Source: Spirochaetia bacterium (GTDB lineage: Bacteria > Spirochaetota > Spirochaetia > CADAEX01). Taken from it: 64,000 nucleotides of DNA. Each line of letters opens with the position of its first letter. Positions within the stretch are counted from its first letter, which is position 1. The stretch lies in the NCBI GenBank assembly GCA_024402405.1, contig JAKSTW010000002.1, forward strand, positions 6,201 to 70,200, written 5' to 3'. Under the pieces are notes generated by a model. It saw nothing but the letters and a program-made list of their open reading frames with translations. It made no database searches and had not been told where the DNA came from. The position numbers and the translations under genes are program-made. Below, in pieces: positions 1 to 10,280 of the stretch.

Positions 1-129
1 CGGCATTTCCCTGAGGTAGCAGTCGCTGTGTTTCTGCAGCAGCATTTTTATTATCACATGTGAATCGAATATGTTTCCTGACGGTATTTCCATAACTGAA
101 CTGAGGATAGCCTGATCTAAAGTTTCCAT
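1..129 (-). CDS. 5'-partial-in-window hypothetical protein. Its N-terminus (METLDQAILSSVMEIPSGN...) starts at 129 and runs off the left edge
   Basis: An AGGAGA Shine-Dalgarno sequence on the minus strand (reverse complement of 130-140) sits directly before an ATG (reverse complement of 127-129). The reading frame stays open to position 1. It is absent from the ORF track because it is shorter than 60 aa within the window. Confidence 0.3.
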   Translation of the reverse strand, partial: METLDQAILSSVMEIPSGNIFDSHVIIKMLLQKHSDCYLREMP

Positions 130-288
130 AAATATCTCCTGAATTTTGATGAAAACAGTATAACATATAATTCAATAAATTTCATTCTTCTATTGAAAAA
201 AATGCACTGTGGATATATACTAAACTTTAAATATATTGTGCTCTGTATGAGCATGGGGTACTGCTAAATCAGTCTATGAGGGAGAATT

Positions 289-3200
289 ATGGCTGTTAAA
301 CTTTTTAAAAAGGTAATGTCTGCAAACAGAGGTGAGATCGCCATCAGAACATTCAGAGCCTGTGGTGAGCTCGGTTTGAAGACCGTCGCTATTTATTCCA
401 ATGAAGATAGATTGTCACTTTATAGAACAAAAGCTGATGAATCTTATCTCGTAGGTAAGGGAAAGAAACCTGTTGATGCCTACCTTGGAATTGATGAGAT
501 TATTGAACTTGCTAAGAAAAAGCATGTTGACGCTATCCATCCTGGTTATGGATTCCTTTCTGAAAATCCTGAGTTTTCACAGAAATGCGAGGAGAACGGA
601 ATCGTTTTTATCGGACCTACTGCTGAGCAGCAGAGAACACTGGGCGATAAGATAGCTGCCAGAACTGCTGCAAAACTTGCAGGAGTTCCTACTGTTCCTG
701 GAACAGAGAGCGCTATCGAGAAGATAGAAGATGCCCTTATCTTTGCAAAAGGCTGTGGTTTCCCTATCATCATCAAGGCTGCTGCCGGTGGTGGTGGACG
801 TGGAATGAGAGTTGCCAACAATATCCAGGAACTCAAAGAGGGAATCATTGCTGCGAAGAGTGAGGCAAAGGCTGCATTCGGTGACGACACAGTTTTCCTT
901 GAGAAATATCTGGTCAATCCAAAGCACATTGAGATCCAGATCATGGGCGATAACTACGGCAACATCGTTCACTTCTTCGAGAGAGACTGCTCTATCCAGA
1001 GACGTCACCAGAAGGTCGTTGAGTTCGCTCCGTCACTGGCTATTTCTGATGAGCTCAGAAAGAAACTCTGCGAAAGCGCAATCAAGATCGCCAGCCAGGT
1101 AAAATATAGAAATGCCGGAACTGTAGAGTTCCTCGTTGATAAGGAAGAGAATTACTACTTCATCGAGATGAACCCAAGACTCCAGGTAGAGCATACTGTA
1201 ACAGAGCTTATCACAGGATGGGATCTGGTCCGCACACAGCTGCTGGTTGCCCAGGGATATGCACTGACAGATCCTGAGATCGGAATTACCAGCCAGGATC
1301 TGATCACCAAGAGAGGTTATGCTATCCAGTGCCGTATCACAACAGAGGATCCGGAGAACAACTTCGCTCCTGATATGGGAACTATCAAATCCTATAAGTC
1401 ACCTGCCGGATATGGTGTCAGACTGGATGCCGGAAACGCATTCACAGGTTCCACTATCACAGATGCTTATGACTCTCTGCTTGTAAAGGTCTCAACACAT
1501 GCCCTTACATTCAAGAATACTGCAACAGTAATGAAGAGAGCTTTGGGAGAGTTCAAGATCAGAGGTGTCAAGACAAATATTCCATTCCTTGAGAATGTTG
1601 TCACACATCCTATTTTCCTTGAGGGAAAATGTGATACATCCTTCATCCAGGATCATCCTGAGCTGAAGATCGTAAAACAGTACAGGGACAGAGCTTCCAG
1701 ACTCATGAACTTCCTGGCAAATACAGTTGTCAATGGAAATGAGATCATCAAGACTCCTAGAAAGGCTACTGAATTCAGAGAGCCTCCTGTTCCTGAACTG
1801 AACAAACTCACTCCTCCTCCTGCCGGAACAAAGCAGCTGCTGGATGAGATGGGACCTGAAAAGTTCAGCAAGTGGATCATGGATCAGAAGAAGCTTCTCA
1901 TCACTGATACAACAATGAGAGATGCTCACCAGTCACTGCTGGCCACAAGATTCAGAACTTACGATCTTTCAAGAATTGCTGATGCCACAGCTTATCTGGC
2001 ACCTAATCTGTTCTCCATGGAGATGTGGGGCGGAGCTACATTCGATGTAGCACTGAGATTCCTGAAGGAATGTCCATGGGCAAGACTGGAGAAGCTGAGA
2101 GAGGCTGTTCCGAACATCCTGTTCCAGATGCTGCTCCGTTCTTCTAATGCTGTAGGTTATACAAACTATCCTGACAATGTCATCTATAAGTTTGTTGAAG
2201 AGTCTGCAAAGGGCGGAATCGACCTGTTCAGAGTATTCGACTGTCTGAACAACACAAAGGGTCTTTCAGTTCCTATTGATGCAGTACTGAAGACAGGCAA
2301 GCTCTGTGAGGCAACAATGTGCTACACAGGCGATATTGATGATCCAAAGAGAGATAAATATCCTCTGAAATATTATGTAAGCGTAGCAAAAGAGCTGGAA
2401 AGAATGGGTACACATATTCTTGGTATCAAGGATATGGCCGGACTTATCAAGCCTTATGCCGCTACAAAGCTTATCAAGGCACTGAAGGAAGAGCTTTCAA
2501 TTCCTGTTCATCTGCATACACATGACACATCTGGAAACGGTGTTGCAACATTGCTGAGAGCTGCTGATGCCGGAGTTGATATTGTTGATACAGCAATTTC
2601 CGCAGTTTCCGGTGTGACATCACAGCCTAGCCTTAATGCAGTTGTGGCTGCTCTCAAAGGTCAGGAAAGAGATACAGGCATTGATATCAGCGGTCTCAAC
2701 CCACTGGCTAACTACTGGGAAGTTGTCCGCACATATTATTCCGGATTCGAGAGTGACCTTAAGACAGGTACAGCAGAAGTTTACTACAACGAGATTCCTG
2801 GCGGTCAGTATTCAAACTACAAGCCACAGGTCGCAGGTCTTGGTCTTATCGACAAATGGGAAGAGTGCAAGAAGATGTACCACGATGTCAATGAGCTTTT
2901 CGGAGATGTCATCAAAGTTACACCTTCCTCCAAGATCGTTGCTGATATGGCAATGTTCCTTGTTCAGAATGGTCTGACAACAAAGGATGTCATCGCAAAG
3001 GCCAACGAGCTCACATTCCCACAGTCTGTTATCGACTTCATGAAAGGTATGGTAGGTCAGCCATATCAGGGATTCCCTGCTGATGTTCAGAAGGCTATCC
3101 TGAAGGGTGAGGAGCCTATCAACTGCCGTCCTGGCGAGCTGCTCCAGCCTGTTGATCTGGCAAAAGAGAAGAAGACTGTTGAGGATGCCATCGAGCGCCA

Positions 3201-3735
3201 TATCGATGACCAGCAGCTTATGTCCTATATCATGTATCCACATGTTTTCATGGACTATATCAAGCACAGAAAGAACTATTTCGATGTATCTCTGCTTCCT
3301 ACACCTGTATTCTTCTATGGTCTGGAACCAGGTCAGGAAATTACAGTTCAGCTGGATGAGGGAAAGACTCTTATCATCAAACTGATTTCTGTAGGTTCTA
3401 TCAGAGCTGATGGTACAAGAACAGTTTATTTCGAACTGAACGGTCTCCAGAGAACTGTTTCAGTCCGTGATAACTCAGTTCAGACAGCTGTCAAGGTAAG
3501 AGAGAAGGCTGATAAGTTCAACAAGCACCATGTTGGCGCTCCAATGCCTGGAAAGGTATTCAAGATGCTGGTAAAGCAGGGTGACAAGGTTGAGGAAGGC
3601 GATGTTCTCCTGGTAACTGAGGCTATGAAGATGGAAACCAACATCAAGTCTGCCATTGCCGGAACAGTAAAGGATATTCTTTACGATGTAGGCGAGACAG
3701 TTGAGAAGGGTGACCTTATCATCGTACTTGAGTGA
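289..3735 (+). CDS. pyc: Pyruvate carboxylase, single-chain (biotin carboxylase + carboxyltransferase + biotinyl domain)
   Basis: The 1148-aa protein has an N-terminal ATP-grasp biotin carboxylase region (GGGGRGMR). Its middle region is a HMGL-like carboxyltransferase. The C-terminus carries the biotin attachment motif EAMKM. Confidence 0.9.
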   Translation: MAVKLFKKVMSANRGEIAIRTFRACGELGLKTVAIYSNEDRLSLYRTKADESYLVGKGKKPVDAYLGIDEIIELAKKKHVDAIHPGYGFLSENPEFSQKCEENGIVFIGPTAEQQRTLGDKIAARTAAKLAGVPTVPGTESAIEKIEDALIFAKGCGFPIIIKAAAGGGGRGMRVANNIQELKEGIIAAKSEAKAAFGDDTVFLEKYLVNPKHIEIQIMGDNYGNIVHFFERDCSIQRRHQKVVEFAPSLAISDELRKKLCESAIKIASQVKYRNAGTVEFLVDKEENYYFIEMNPRLQVEHTVTELITGWDLVRTQLLVAQGYALTDPEIGITSQDLITKRGYAIQCRITTEDPENNFAPDMGTIKSYKSPAGYGVRLDAGNAFTGSTITDAYDSLLVKVSTHALTFKNTATVMKRALGEFKIRGVKTNIPFLENVVTHPIFLEGKCDTSFIQDHPELKIVKQYRDRASRLMNFLANTVVNGNEIIKTPRKATEFREPPVPELNKLTPPPAGTKQLLDEMGPEKFSKWIMDQKKLLITDTTMRDAHQSLLATRFRTYDLSRIADATAYLAPNLFSMEMWGGATFDVALRFLKECPWARLEKLREAVPNILFQMLLRSSNAVGYTNYPDNVIYKFVEESAKGGIDLFRVFDCLNNTKGLSVPIDAVLKTGKLCEATMCYTGDIDDPKRDKYPLKYYVSVAKELERMGTHILGIKDMAGLIKPYAATKLIKALKEELSIPVHLHTHDTSGNGVATLLRAADAGVDIVDTAISAVSGVTSQPSLNAVVAALKGQERDTGIDISGLNPLANYWEVVRTYYSGFESDLKTGTAEVYYNEIPGGQYSNYKPQVAGLGLIDKWEECKKMYHDVNELFGDVIKVTPSSKIVADMAMFLVQNGLTTKDVIAKANELTFPQSVIDFMKGMVGQPYQGFPADVQKAILKGEEPINCRPGELLQPVDLAKEKKTVEDAIERHIDDQQLMSYIMYPHVFMDYIKHRKNYFDVSLLPTPVFFYGLEPGQEITVQLDEGKTLIIKLISVGSIRADGTRTVYFELNGLQRTVSVRDNSVQTAVKVREKADKFNKHHVGAPMPGKVFKMLVKQGDKVEEGDVLLVTEAMKMETNIKSAIAGTVKDILYDVGETVEKGDLIIVLE

Positions 3736-3754
3736 TCCTGTATAAGGGTTAAAT

Positions 3755-3788
3755 AAAAAGGCGGTCAGAAATGACCGCCTTTTTTTAT
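3755..3788. terminator. Bidirectional Rho-independent terminator between convergent pyc and the downstream minus-strand gene
   Basis: The hairpin is GGCGGTCA-gaaa-TGACCGCC. It has an A-run before it and a T8 run after it. Confidence 0.6.
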
Positions 3789-3830
3789 GGCCGGTAAGTA
3801 TATTTTTTCATACCGGCTCAGTTTGATATT

Positions 3831-5495
3831 TTACAGCTCGTAGGATACATGGGCTGCAATCTCGAAGTCATTGATAGTCTTGCCGCCGATGTTATGGTAG
3901 TTGTCAATGTTTATATAGTACGCATCAGCTCCCACCTTGAAGCTTCTGTTCAGCCTTTTCTCTCCGTGAAGTCCGATGACCAGCTCTCTGGCAACATCGT
4001 CTCCGGTAGGTGATATCCTGTTTCTTGCTCCGTTGTATGAGAATGGATCTGAAAGTGAGTCATTCAGCTCTCCCAGAAATTTCATGGTGACTTCAGCACC
4101 CAGTTTCAGATCATCTGGTATTCTGTATTCTCCTGCCAGGTAGAAGACCATGGCATCAGGACCATGTTCATATCCTGTAGGCTTGTCTACATACATATAT
4201 CCGTCCTCGATGTATGACCAGTAGCGGCGTCTGTTGGTGTATCGTGTCAGAGGATGCCACCTGTTGTAAAGATACGGATCGGTCTTGGCTCCTTCCAGTT
4301 TCAGAGTCAGAAATCCTGTGCTTACAGGCATCACATATCTGGCTCCCAGCATATATCCCAGTGCTGTCGGTCTGGAAGAATCGCTCTCAATGGCCAGCTT
4401 GCACTCATCCATGGCAAACTGTGCATAAATGTCCAGTCCTCTGCACGGAGCATAATCTGCTTCCAGTGACATCAGCGAATTGCTACACTCCGGGGCGAAT
4501 ACACTGTGAAATATTGTGACAGGGTTTATATTGCTGAGTTCCGGGTATTTGTTTCCGAAAATAATTGCCTCAGTTGCGGCTACACTGACCTTATCTGTTA
4601 TTCTGGCCTCCAGTCTGTGCGCCATAAGGGCCTTGTACCGTTCCCTGAAGTTATCATAGTTGCCCTGAGTCAGTCCGGGATCGGTCTTGTCTATCTCTTT
4701 TTCTTCCTTGGTGAGATGTGATTCCATGCCGGCATATATTGTGGTGAATTTCAGCACTTTCCAGTAGGTGGTGAATTTTATTACATTGTAGAAATCTGAA
4801 TAGTCAGACAGGACCAGATTGCCGGTCTCGCCATTTCCCCAGCTGAGCTTGTCACGGCCGAACTGAACATTCCAGTGATTCCCTCCGGCTGACATGAATG
4901 CTCTGAACGGAATGGTAGGATCCAGATTCTGGATTTTTTCCGGCACATTGCAGTAGTCGTAGTCGCAGTCTGTGACCACATCATGGGCCTCGCGCAGTGT
5001 CAGGTTGAAGTCAATGTAGAAATTATCCCACAGAAAGAATTCAAATGGAATGTCCACGAGGGGAAGACGTTCCTCATATCCGTGCTCCCATTCATCCCTG
5101 TCGTCATCGGTCTTTACATAACCTTCAAGATTGGCTTTGAGTTTTATGGCCACACCGGCTTGCTCCTCTTTGCCCAGCAGGATCCTTTTCTGGAATGATT
5201 TTATTATGTTGTCATAAGCCAGTTTCTCGGCTCCCTCCAGGTGGTCAGGATCCAGTTTCGACAGGATCATGTCGATCTCATCCTCGCTCCACGGACGTGC
5301 ATAGGATGGTGGTGTGAGTCCCTTTATCAGATAAAGGGTGTCAATATCCTTGTAGATCTCGCTGTCCAACGGTACGATCCGCTGCCTGTTGCCATCACCG
5401 AAACATGGAAATGCCAGTATGGATATAAATGCTGTCAGACAGATAAACCTCAGTATGCCTGCCATTTTGCGCCCAGTGCCAGTATTCCTCTCCAT
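3831..5495 (-). CDS. Secreted outer-membrane protein, putative Wzi-like capsule-assembly family (tandem paralog A)
   Basis: It has a signal peptide. The N-terminal pattern Y..D.L...KGL...P..RPWSEDEI and the conserved block FGRDKLSWGNGETGNL are shared with the adjacent ORF. An alternative start (MAGILRF) lies at 5465. Assignment to the Wzi family is from memory of that family's N-terminal motif and is not verified. Confidence 0.45.
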   Translation of the reverse strand: MERNTGTGRKMAGILRFICLTAFISILAFPCFGDGNRQRIVPLDSEIYKDIDTLYLIKGLTPPSYARPWSEDEIDMILSKLDPDHLEGAEKLAYDNIIKSFQKRILLGKEEQAGVAIKLKANLEGYVKTDDDRDEWEHGYEERLPLVDIPFEFFLWDNFYIDFNLTLREAHDVVTDCDYDYCNVPEKIQNLDPTIPFRAFMSAGGNHWNVQFGRDKLSWGNGETGNLVLSDYSDFYNVIKFTTYWKVLKFTTIYAGMESHLTKEEKEIDKTDPGLTQGNYDNFRERYKALMAHRLEARITDKVSVAATEAIIFGNKYPELSNINPVTIFHSVFAPECSNSLMSLEADYAPCRGLDIYAQFAMDECKLAIESDSSRPTALGYMLGARYVMPVSTGFLTLKLEGAKTDPYLYNRWHPLTRYTNRRRYWSYIEDGYMYVDKPTGYEHGPDAMVFYLAGEYRIPDDLKLGAEVTMKFLGELNDSLSDPFSYNGARNRISPTGDDVARELVIGLHGEKRLNRSFKVGADAYYINIDNYHNIGGKTINDFEIAAHVSYEL

Positions 5496-7123
5496 TCGTC
5501 CTCTCCTTTTATATTGCCTTTATTCTTTGTGTAATCCAGTGAAAATGCTGCATTGAGCTTGACACCGTAATATGGAATTCTGTATTCGCCGTGAAGTGTG
5601 AAGTCCAGATTTGATTCCTTGTGGATGCCCGATATGCCGTGATCCAGGAACTTGTACTCGTCATCCCAGTCTTTGTATGCACCGCCGATATCCCAGCCGA
5701 TGCCATCGTCATGAGCATGGGTATTTATGTTTCCGAATCCGTGCTGTGTGTACATGAAAGAAAGTCCTCCCTTCCATTCCGGAGATGCATTGTAGGTGAT
5801 GTCAGCATATACCAGCTGTGAGTTCGGAGGCAGAAAATGTCCTGCACTGCTTCCATAGTGGGAATAACTGTTTCTCTTGTCTCCTGAGAAGAGCTTGTGA
5901 GTGTACATCCAGTGAGACAGGTATGTGTATTCCAGTGTCAGGTCAAGTTTTGGGACAACATCATAGAATTTGTATCCTGCTGTGAGACCTGCGATATTAT
6001 GAAAGTAATTTATGTTGAACATCTTGTCGAAATCCCAGTCATCCATGTAAAGAGAAAGGTAGAGCTTTGTGGCACAGAATCTGAATACAAAGTCCATTCC
6101 TCCGAATTTGTTGTCTCTGTCTCCGCCGAACACCTCGCTGATGTAATAGAGTGAGAATGGGTTGATATAACCGGGGGCAAAACGCTGTGAGTATATTACA
6201 GTCTCATATACAGAGAACATGAACCATTTCCATGGCTGGAATTCAAACCGGTGGGAAGATATCATCTTGTCCTGATCCTCAGTGGCTCCGAATTCTTCCA
6301 CATCCCGCAGGAATCCTGTCATCCAGCTGTAGTACATTTTCCCGCCGATAGGAAAGTCGAAGAACAGATATTCATAAGGCTTTGATGTCTTTGAGAGTGA
6401 CAGTGATGCCAGCTCTCCCGGACCCCAGTTCAGAGCATTTCTTCCTGCTGATATATGGGTGAATGGCAGATCTGCTGAAAACTGGTTGATCTGATCCATT
6501 CTGAGTGAAAGCTCTGTGTCTCCCACAGACCTTTCGGCATGATGATTGAAACCCTTGTCCTTTGTGTCCAGGTTGTATGTGTACATATTGAAGTCAGGTT
6601 TCAGCGGGTCCTGATAAAGTCTGTAAGGGGCTGTCTCCCAGTTGTCCAGAACTGCGTATATATCGCTTCTGACTCCCAGGTACACATTCTTGCCGGCATA
6701 CAGATCCAGAATGAAATCACTTCCGACAGATGAGCTGTTATCCTGGAGATCTCCCAGATCCGCATTGAGGCCTGCATGCGGTGCCAGGTTGGCATCTGCC
6801 CCGAAATGCTCTCCTCTGTAGCTGAACAGATTGAACTTATCCCCTTTGAGCCTGTCGATATAGTGATAAAGCTGCTCCTTCTCTGAATCTGTCAGACTGT
6901 CTGGATTTTCCAGAACCAGAGCCTTCACCTCATTGAGATATTGCAGAGCCCTTTTCTCTGTGTATGGCTTTACGTCCGGCATATAATAGATCCAGCCTTT
7001 TGAATAAGCCTTATCAAGAAATTCATATACAGGGTCATCATAGACCAGGTTCTTGGCTGACTGAGCCGCTGCCGGTATTGCTGCCAGCGTTACGATAAGC
7101 AGGATGAATGCAAGTTTTTTCAT
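5450..7123 (-). CDS. Secreted outer-membrane protein, putative Wzi-like capsule-assembly family (tandem paralog B)
   Basis: The signal peptide is MKKLAFILLIVTLAAIPAAAQS. The motifs VYEFLDKAYSKGWI and AGRNALNWGPGELASL are homologous to the corresponding blocks in paralog A. The protein ends in an aromatic residue (WQAY). Confidence 0.45.
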   Translation of the reverse strand: MKKLAFILLIVTLAAIPAAAQSAKNLVYDDPVYEFLDKAYSKGWIYYMPDVKPYTEKRALQYLNEVKALVLENPDSLTDSEKEQLYHYIDRLKGDKFNLFSYRGEHFGADANLAPHAGLNADLGDLQDNSSSVGSDFILDLYAGKNVYLGVRSDIYAVLDNWETAPYRLYQDPLKPDFNMYTYNLDTKDKGFNHHAERSVGDTELSLRMDQINQFSADLPFTHISAGRNALNWGPGELASLSLSKTSKPYEYLFFDFPIGGKMYYSWMTGFLRDVEEFGATEDQDKMISSHRFEFQPWKWFMFSVYETVIYSQRFAPGYINPFSLYYISEVFGGDRDNKFGGMDFVFRFCATKLYLSLYMDDWDFDKMFNINYFHNIAGLTAGYKFYDVVPKLDLTLEYTYLSHWMYTHKLFSGDKRNSYSHYGSSAGHFLPPNSQLVYADITYNASPEWKGGLSFMYTQHGFGNINTHAHDDGIGWDIGGAYKDWDDEYKFLDHGISGIHKESNLDFTLHGEYRIPYYGVKLNAAFSLDYTKNKGNIKGEDEWRGILALGAKWQAY

Positions 7124-8241
7124 ATAAGTCCTCTTACTTTATCCATGGCCGACTTTATTGCCTGATCCATGTTGTAATATTTATATTCTGCCAGACGGCC
7201 TGTGAAGATGAAATGTCCGGTTTCCTCCAGCTTTCTGACCTCTTCCATGTACTGCTCCCGTTTTGCCATGTTTTCCTTTGTCATCACCACATAATATGGA
7301 TGACCGGTCTGCTTCGGATATTCCATGCAGATCACAGTCTTGTCTGAGGTCTCGCCTGTCATGTGCTTGAATTCTGTGATTCTGGTGAAGTCATAATCGT
7401 TAGGGTAGTTCACCACAGCTGCATCCTGATAGAATTCTCTGTCGATGGTTCTGAACTGGATGTCCACAGACCTGTATTCCAGCGGACCGTATTTGCAGTC
7501 AAAGAACTTATCCAGTGCACCGGTGTATACTGTGATACCTTTCTTTGGATCGAACATGGATGAGAGATTTTTCTTCAGCTGGAAATAGTCGCATCCTGTC
7601 ATAAGTGTGATATTGGGATGATCCAGCATTTTTTCTGTCATCTTTGTGTATCCGCCTATAGGTATGCCCTGATATTTATCTGCAAAGTAGCGGCTGTCCC
7701 TGCTGGAACGCACAGGAATTCTGGCTGCCACAGCGGCTGAGAGTTCCTTTGGATCCCGTCCCCACTGTTTGATGGTGTAATTCTTGAAGAAAAGCTCATA
7801 AAGCCTCTGTCCAACCTGTCCTATCACAGCATCCTGAAAGTTTTCAGCCGGAGTGGCGAAAGATGCCTTGGCTTTCTCTCTTTCCAGGAATGCAGGCACA
7901 TCCTCTGTGTTTATGTTCTCACCGAAGACCTGGTTTATGGTGTCTCTGTTGATCGGGAAAGGCACTGTCATTCCATGGACATAGCTCAGGACTTTATGCT
8001 GGAACAGTCTGAACTGGCTGAACCTGGAGACAAAATCCCATACATCCCTGAAATTTGTGTGGAAAATATGGGGCCCATGGGTGTGAACTGTGATTCCCGC
8101 CTCTGAAAGATAATCATGGCAGTTTCCTGCTATATATCTGTTCTGCTCGATTACCAGAACTTTTTTTCCTGCCTCTGCAAGCAGTCTGGCAGCTGTACTT
8201 CCTGACAGACCTGCACCTATGACCAGACAGTTGAATTTCAT
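7120..8241 (-). CDS. glf: UDP-galactopyranose mutase
   Basis: An N-terminal FAD Rossmann motif (VIGAGLSGSTAARLL) is followed by the Glf-typical NRYIAGNCHDY...HTHGPHIFHT. Confidence 0.8.
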   Translation of the reverse strand: MKFNCLVIGAGLSGSTAARLLAEAGKKVLVIEQNRYIAGNCHDYLSEAGITVHTHGPHIFHTNFRDVWDFVSRFSQFRLFQHKVLSYVHGMTVPFPINRDTINQVFGENINTEDVPAFLEREKAKASFATPAENFQDAVIGQVGQRLYELFFKNYTIKQWGRDPKELSAAVAARIPVRSSRDSRYFADKYQGIPIGGYTKMTEKMLDHPNITLMTGCDYFQLKKNLSSMFDPKKGITVYTGALDKFFDCKYGPLEYRSVDIQFRTIDREFYQDAAVVNYPNDYDFTRITEFKHMTGETSDKTVICMEYPKQTGHPYYVVMTKENMAKREQYMEEVRKLEETGHFIFTGRLAEYKYYNMDQAIKSAMDKVRGLI

Positions 8242-8255
8242 ATTTCCTCCGAAAA

Positions 8256-10280
8256 TTATATTACTTCATTTATTTCCAATATTGATGGAATATTTTTTAT
8301 TTCTTTCAAAGCAGGAATAAAATCTTTTTTTCTGTCCATCTCTATTGTTATAAAACCACTCAGCTTTTTGCCATCTTCTTCCATAAGCTGACCGTCAACG
8401 ATATGTCCTTTCAATGACTTTATGGCGCCCTCGATCTCAGTGAGCAGGTCAGGGACGATCTCTGCTTCCAGCTTATAACGCTTCACATGTTTCTGGGATA
8501 TATGCGCCCATTCGATGTTTATCTTGCGCAGATTTATATTGTTTATATTCTTTACATTAGGGCAGTCTTTCTTGTGTACGATTATTCCGCGTCCCACAGA
8601 GACATATCCTATTATCTCATCGCCTTTTGCCGGAGAACAGCATTTTGCGAAATTGACCATCATGTGCTGCTCATCACCAAGCTTGAGCTTGACTTTATCC
8701 TTATCGATGGCTTCCCGCAGTATTGTTTTTGCATCTTCTGTAAGTTTCACGAATCTGCTGGATTTCTTAAAATCAGGATTTCTCAGCTGATCTCTGCTTT
8801 CAATTACAATGCTTTTGGATATCAGCAGTGATTTATCGTATTTGTTGATCCAGCTTCTGATTTTGGAACGGGCTCTGGAAGTTCTGGCTATCCTGAGCCA
8901 GTAGAGGTTAGGATGTGCAGAACTGCTGGTTATTATCTCGACGCACTGATCGTTCAGCAGCTCTTTTCCCAATGGAACCAGTGTGCCGTTTATCTTTGCT
9001 GCTTTGCAGTGATTGCCGACTTCTGAATGTATGTAATATGCGAAATCAATGGGGGTGGAACCCTTGGGCATTTCAATGACATCGCCGTTGGGTGTGAAGA
9101 CGAAGATAGTGTCTTTCAGGATATCTTCCTTCAGGTCATCAAGGAAATAGGCCTTGTCCACATTGAATCTGGTCCAGCTTTTCAGCCTGTTTATGAGGGC
9201 TATATCTTTTGGTTTGAAAGTCCCTGCGAATTTTCCGCTTTTGTAAAGCCAGTGTGCGGCAATTCCATATTCTGCTGTCATATGCATGGCATAAGTTCTG
9301 ATCTGCACTTCCAGAAACTTGCCGTTGCTGGCAGATACGGTTGTATGAAGACTCTGATATCCGTTTGGTTTAGGAATGGAGATATAATCTTTCAGCCGGT
9401 TCTCCACCGGAGCCCACATTTTATGGACAATTCCCAGCATGGCATAACATTCTGTGACTGTCTGGCAGAAAACCCTGACGCCAATAAGATCATACAGCTC
9501 ACTTGGCTCCACATCATATTTCAGCATTTTCTGATAAATCGAATAGATGTGCTTGGCTCTGGCCTCTGTCTTTATTTCTATTCCCTCTTTTCTGGCGGCA
9601 TCTTTGAGTATTTCCTGCTGCTCTTCCAGATAGGTCTCTATTTTGGTCCGTTTGTATGTGACATAATGCCTGATTTTCTTGTATGCCGCAGGATTCAGAT
9701 ATTTAAGTGACAGATCCTCAAGCTCGCCCTTTATCTCTGAAAGTCCCAGCTGACCTGCCAGCTGTGCATATATTTCAAGGCTTTCCTTTGCCATGGCTTT
9801 CTGTCTGTCCGGGCTGAGGAAATCCAAGGTCCTCATGTTGTGCAGTCTGTCGGCCAGTTTGATGAATATGACACGTATATCCTTTGCCATGGCTATGACT
9901 ATTTTTCTGATGGTCTCAATGGACTGGTTGGATTTGTTCTTGGCTTTCATCAGACTGATCTTGGTGACACCATCCACCAGAGTTGCAACTACAGGCCCAA
10001 ACTGCTGTGATATGAAATCCAGCGTTATATCAGTATCTTCAACTGTGTCATGGAGAAGTGCTGCGATGATCGTCTCATAGTCAAGATTCAGATCTATGAG
10101 TATGGATGCCACCTGTATGGGATGAATGAAATATGGTTCACCGCTGGCCCGCTTCTGACCGTCATGCCATATTTTGCCGAATCCTGCGGCACGCATTATC
10201 CGGTATACGTCTTCACGGCAGTAATCACCGTTTATGAGTTTTTTTTCTAATATTTCCAGCTCTTTATCAATTCTTGCCAT
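8256..10280 (-). CDS. Bifunctional (p)ppGpp synthetase/hydrolase, RelA/SpoT (Rsh) family
   Basis: It has an HD hydrolase domain (HPIQVA...HDTVEDT), a synthetase domain and TGS/ACT-like C-terminal regions. Length is 674 aa. Confidence 0.85.
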   Translation of the reverse strand: MARIDKELEILEKKLINGDYCREDVYRIMRAAGFGKIWHDGQKRASGEPYFIHPIQVASILIDLNLDYETIIAALLHDTVEDTDITLDFISQQFGPVVATLVDGVTKISLMKAKNKSNQSIETIRKIVIAMAKDIRVIFIKLADRLHNMRTLDFLSPDRQKAMAKESLEIYAQLAGQLGLSEIKGELEDLSLKYLNPAAYKKIRHYVTYKRTKIETYLEEQQEILKDAARKEGIEIKTEARAKHIYSIYQKMLKYDVEPSELYDLIGVRVFCQTVTECYAMLGIVHKMWAPVENRLKDYISIPKPNGYQSLHTTVSASNGKFLEVQIRTYAMHMTAEYGIAAHWLYKSGKFAGTFKPKDIALINRLKSWTRFNVDKAYFLDDLKEDILKDTIFVFTPNGDVIEMPKGSTPIDFAYYIHSEVGNHCKAAKINGTLVPLGKELLNDQCVEIITSSSAHPNLYWLRIARTSRARSKIRSWINKYDKSLLISKSIVIESRDQLRNPDFKKSSRFVKLTEDAKTILREAIDKDKVKLKLGDEQHMMVNFAKCCSPAKGDEIIGYVSVGRGIIVHKKDCPNVKNINNINLRKINIEWAHISQKHVKRYKLEAEIVPDLLTEIEGAIKSLKGHIVDGQLMEEDGKKLSGFITIEMDRKKDFIPALKEIKNIPSILEINEVI

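Noticed and set aside
546-1102. Multiple 60-150-aa ORFs in the track on the opposite strand or other frames inside large genes (e.g. 546-944, 577-1008, 812-1102 in pyc; also 15192-15917, 19654-20427, 24254-25024, 45161-45943, 50647-51477, 51198-51611).
   Set aside because: All lie wholly inside longer ORFs with clear conserved-domain content. Their products are low-complexity or Ser/Cys/Arg-rich, typical of antisense translation of coding DNA. No independent Shine-Dalgarno sequence or start context was seen.
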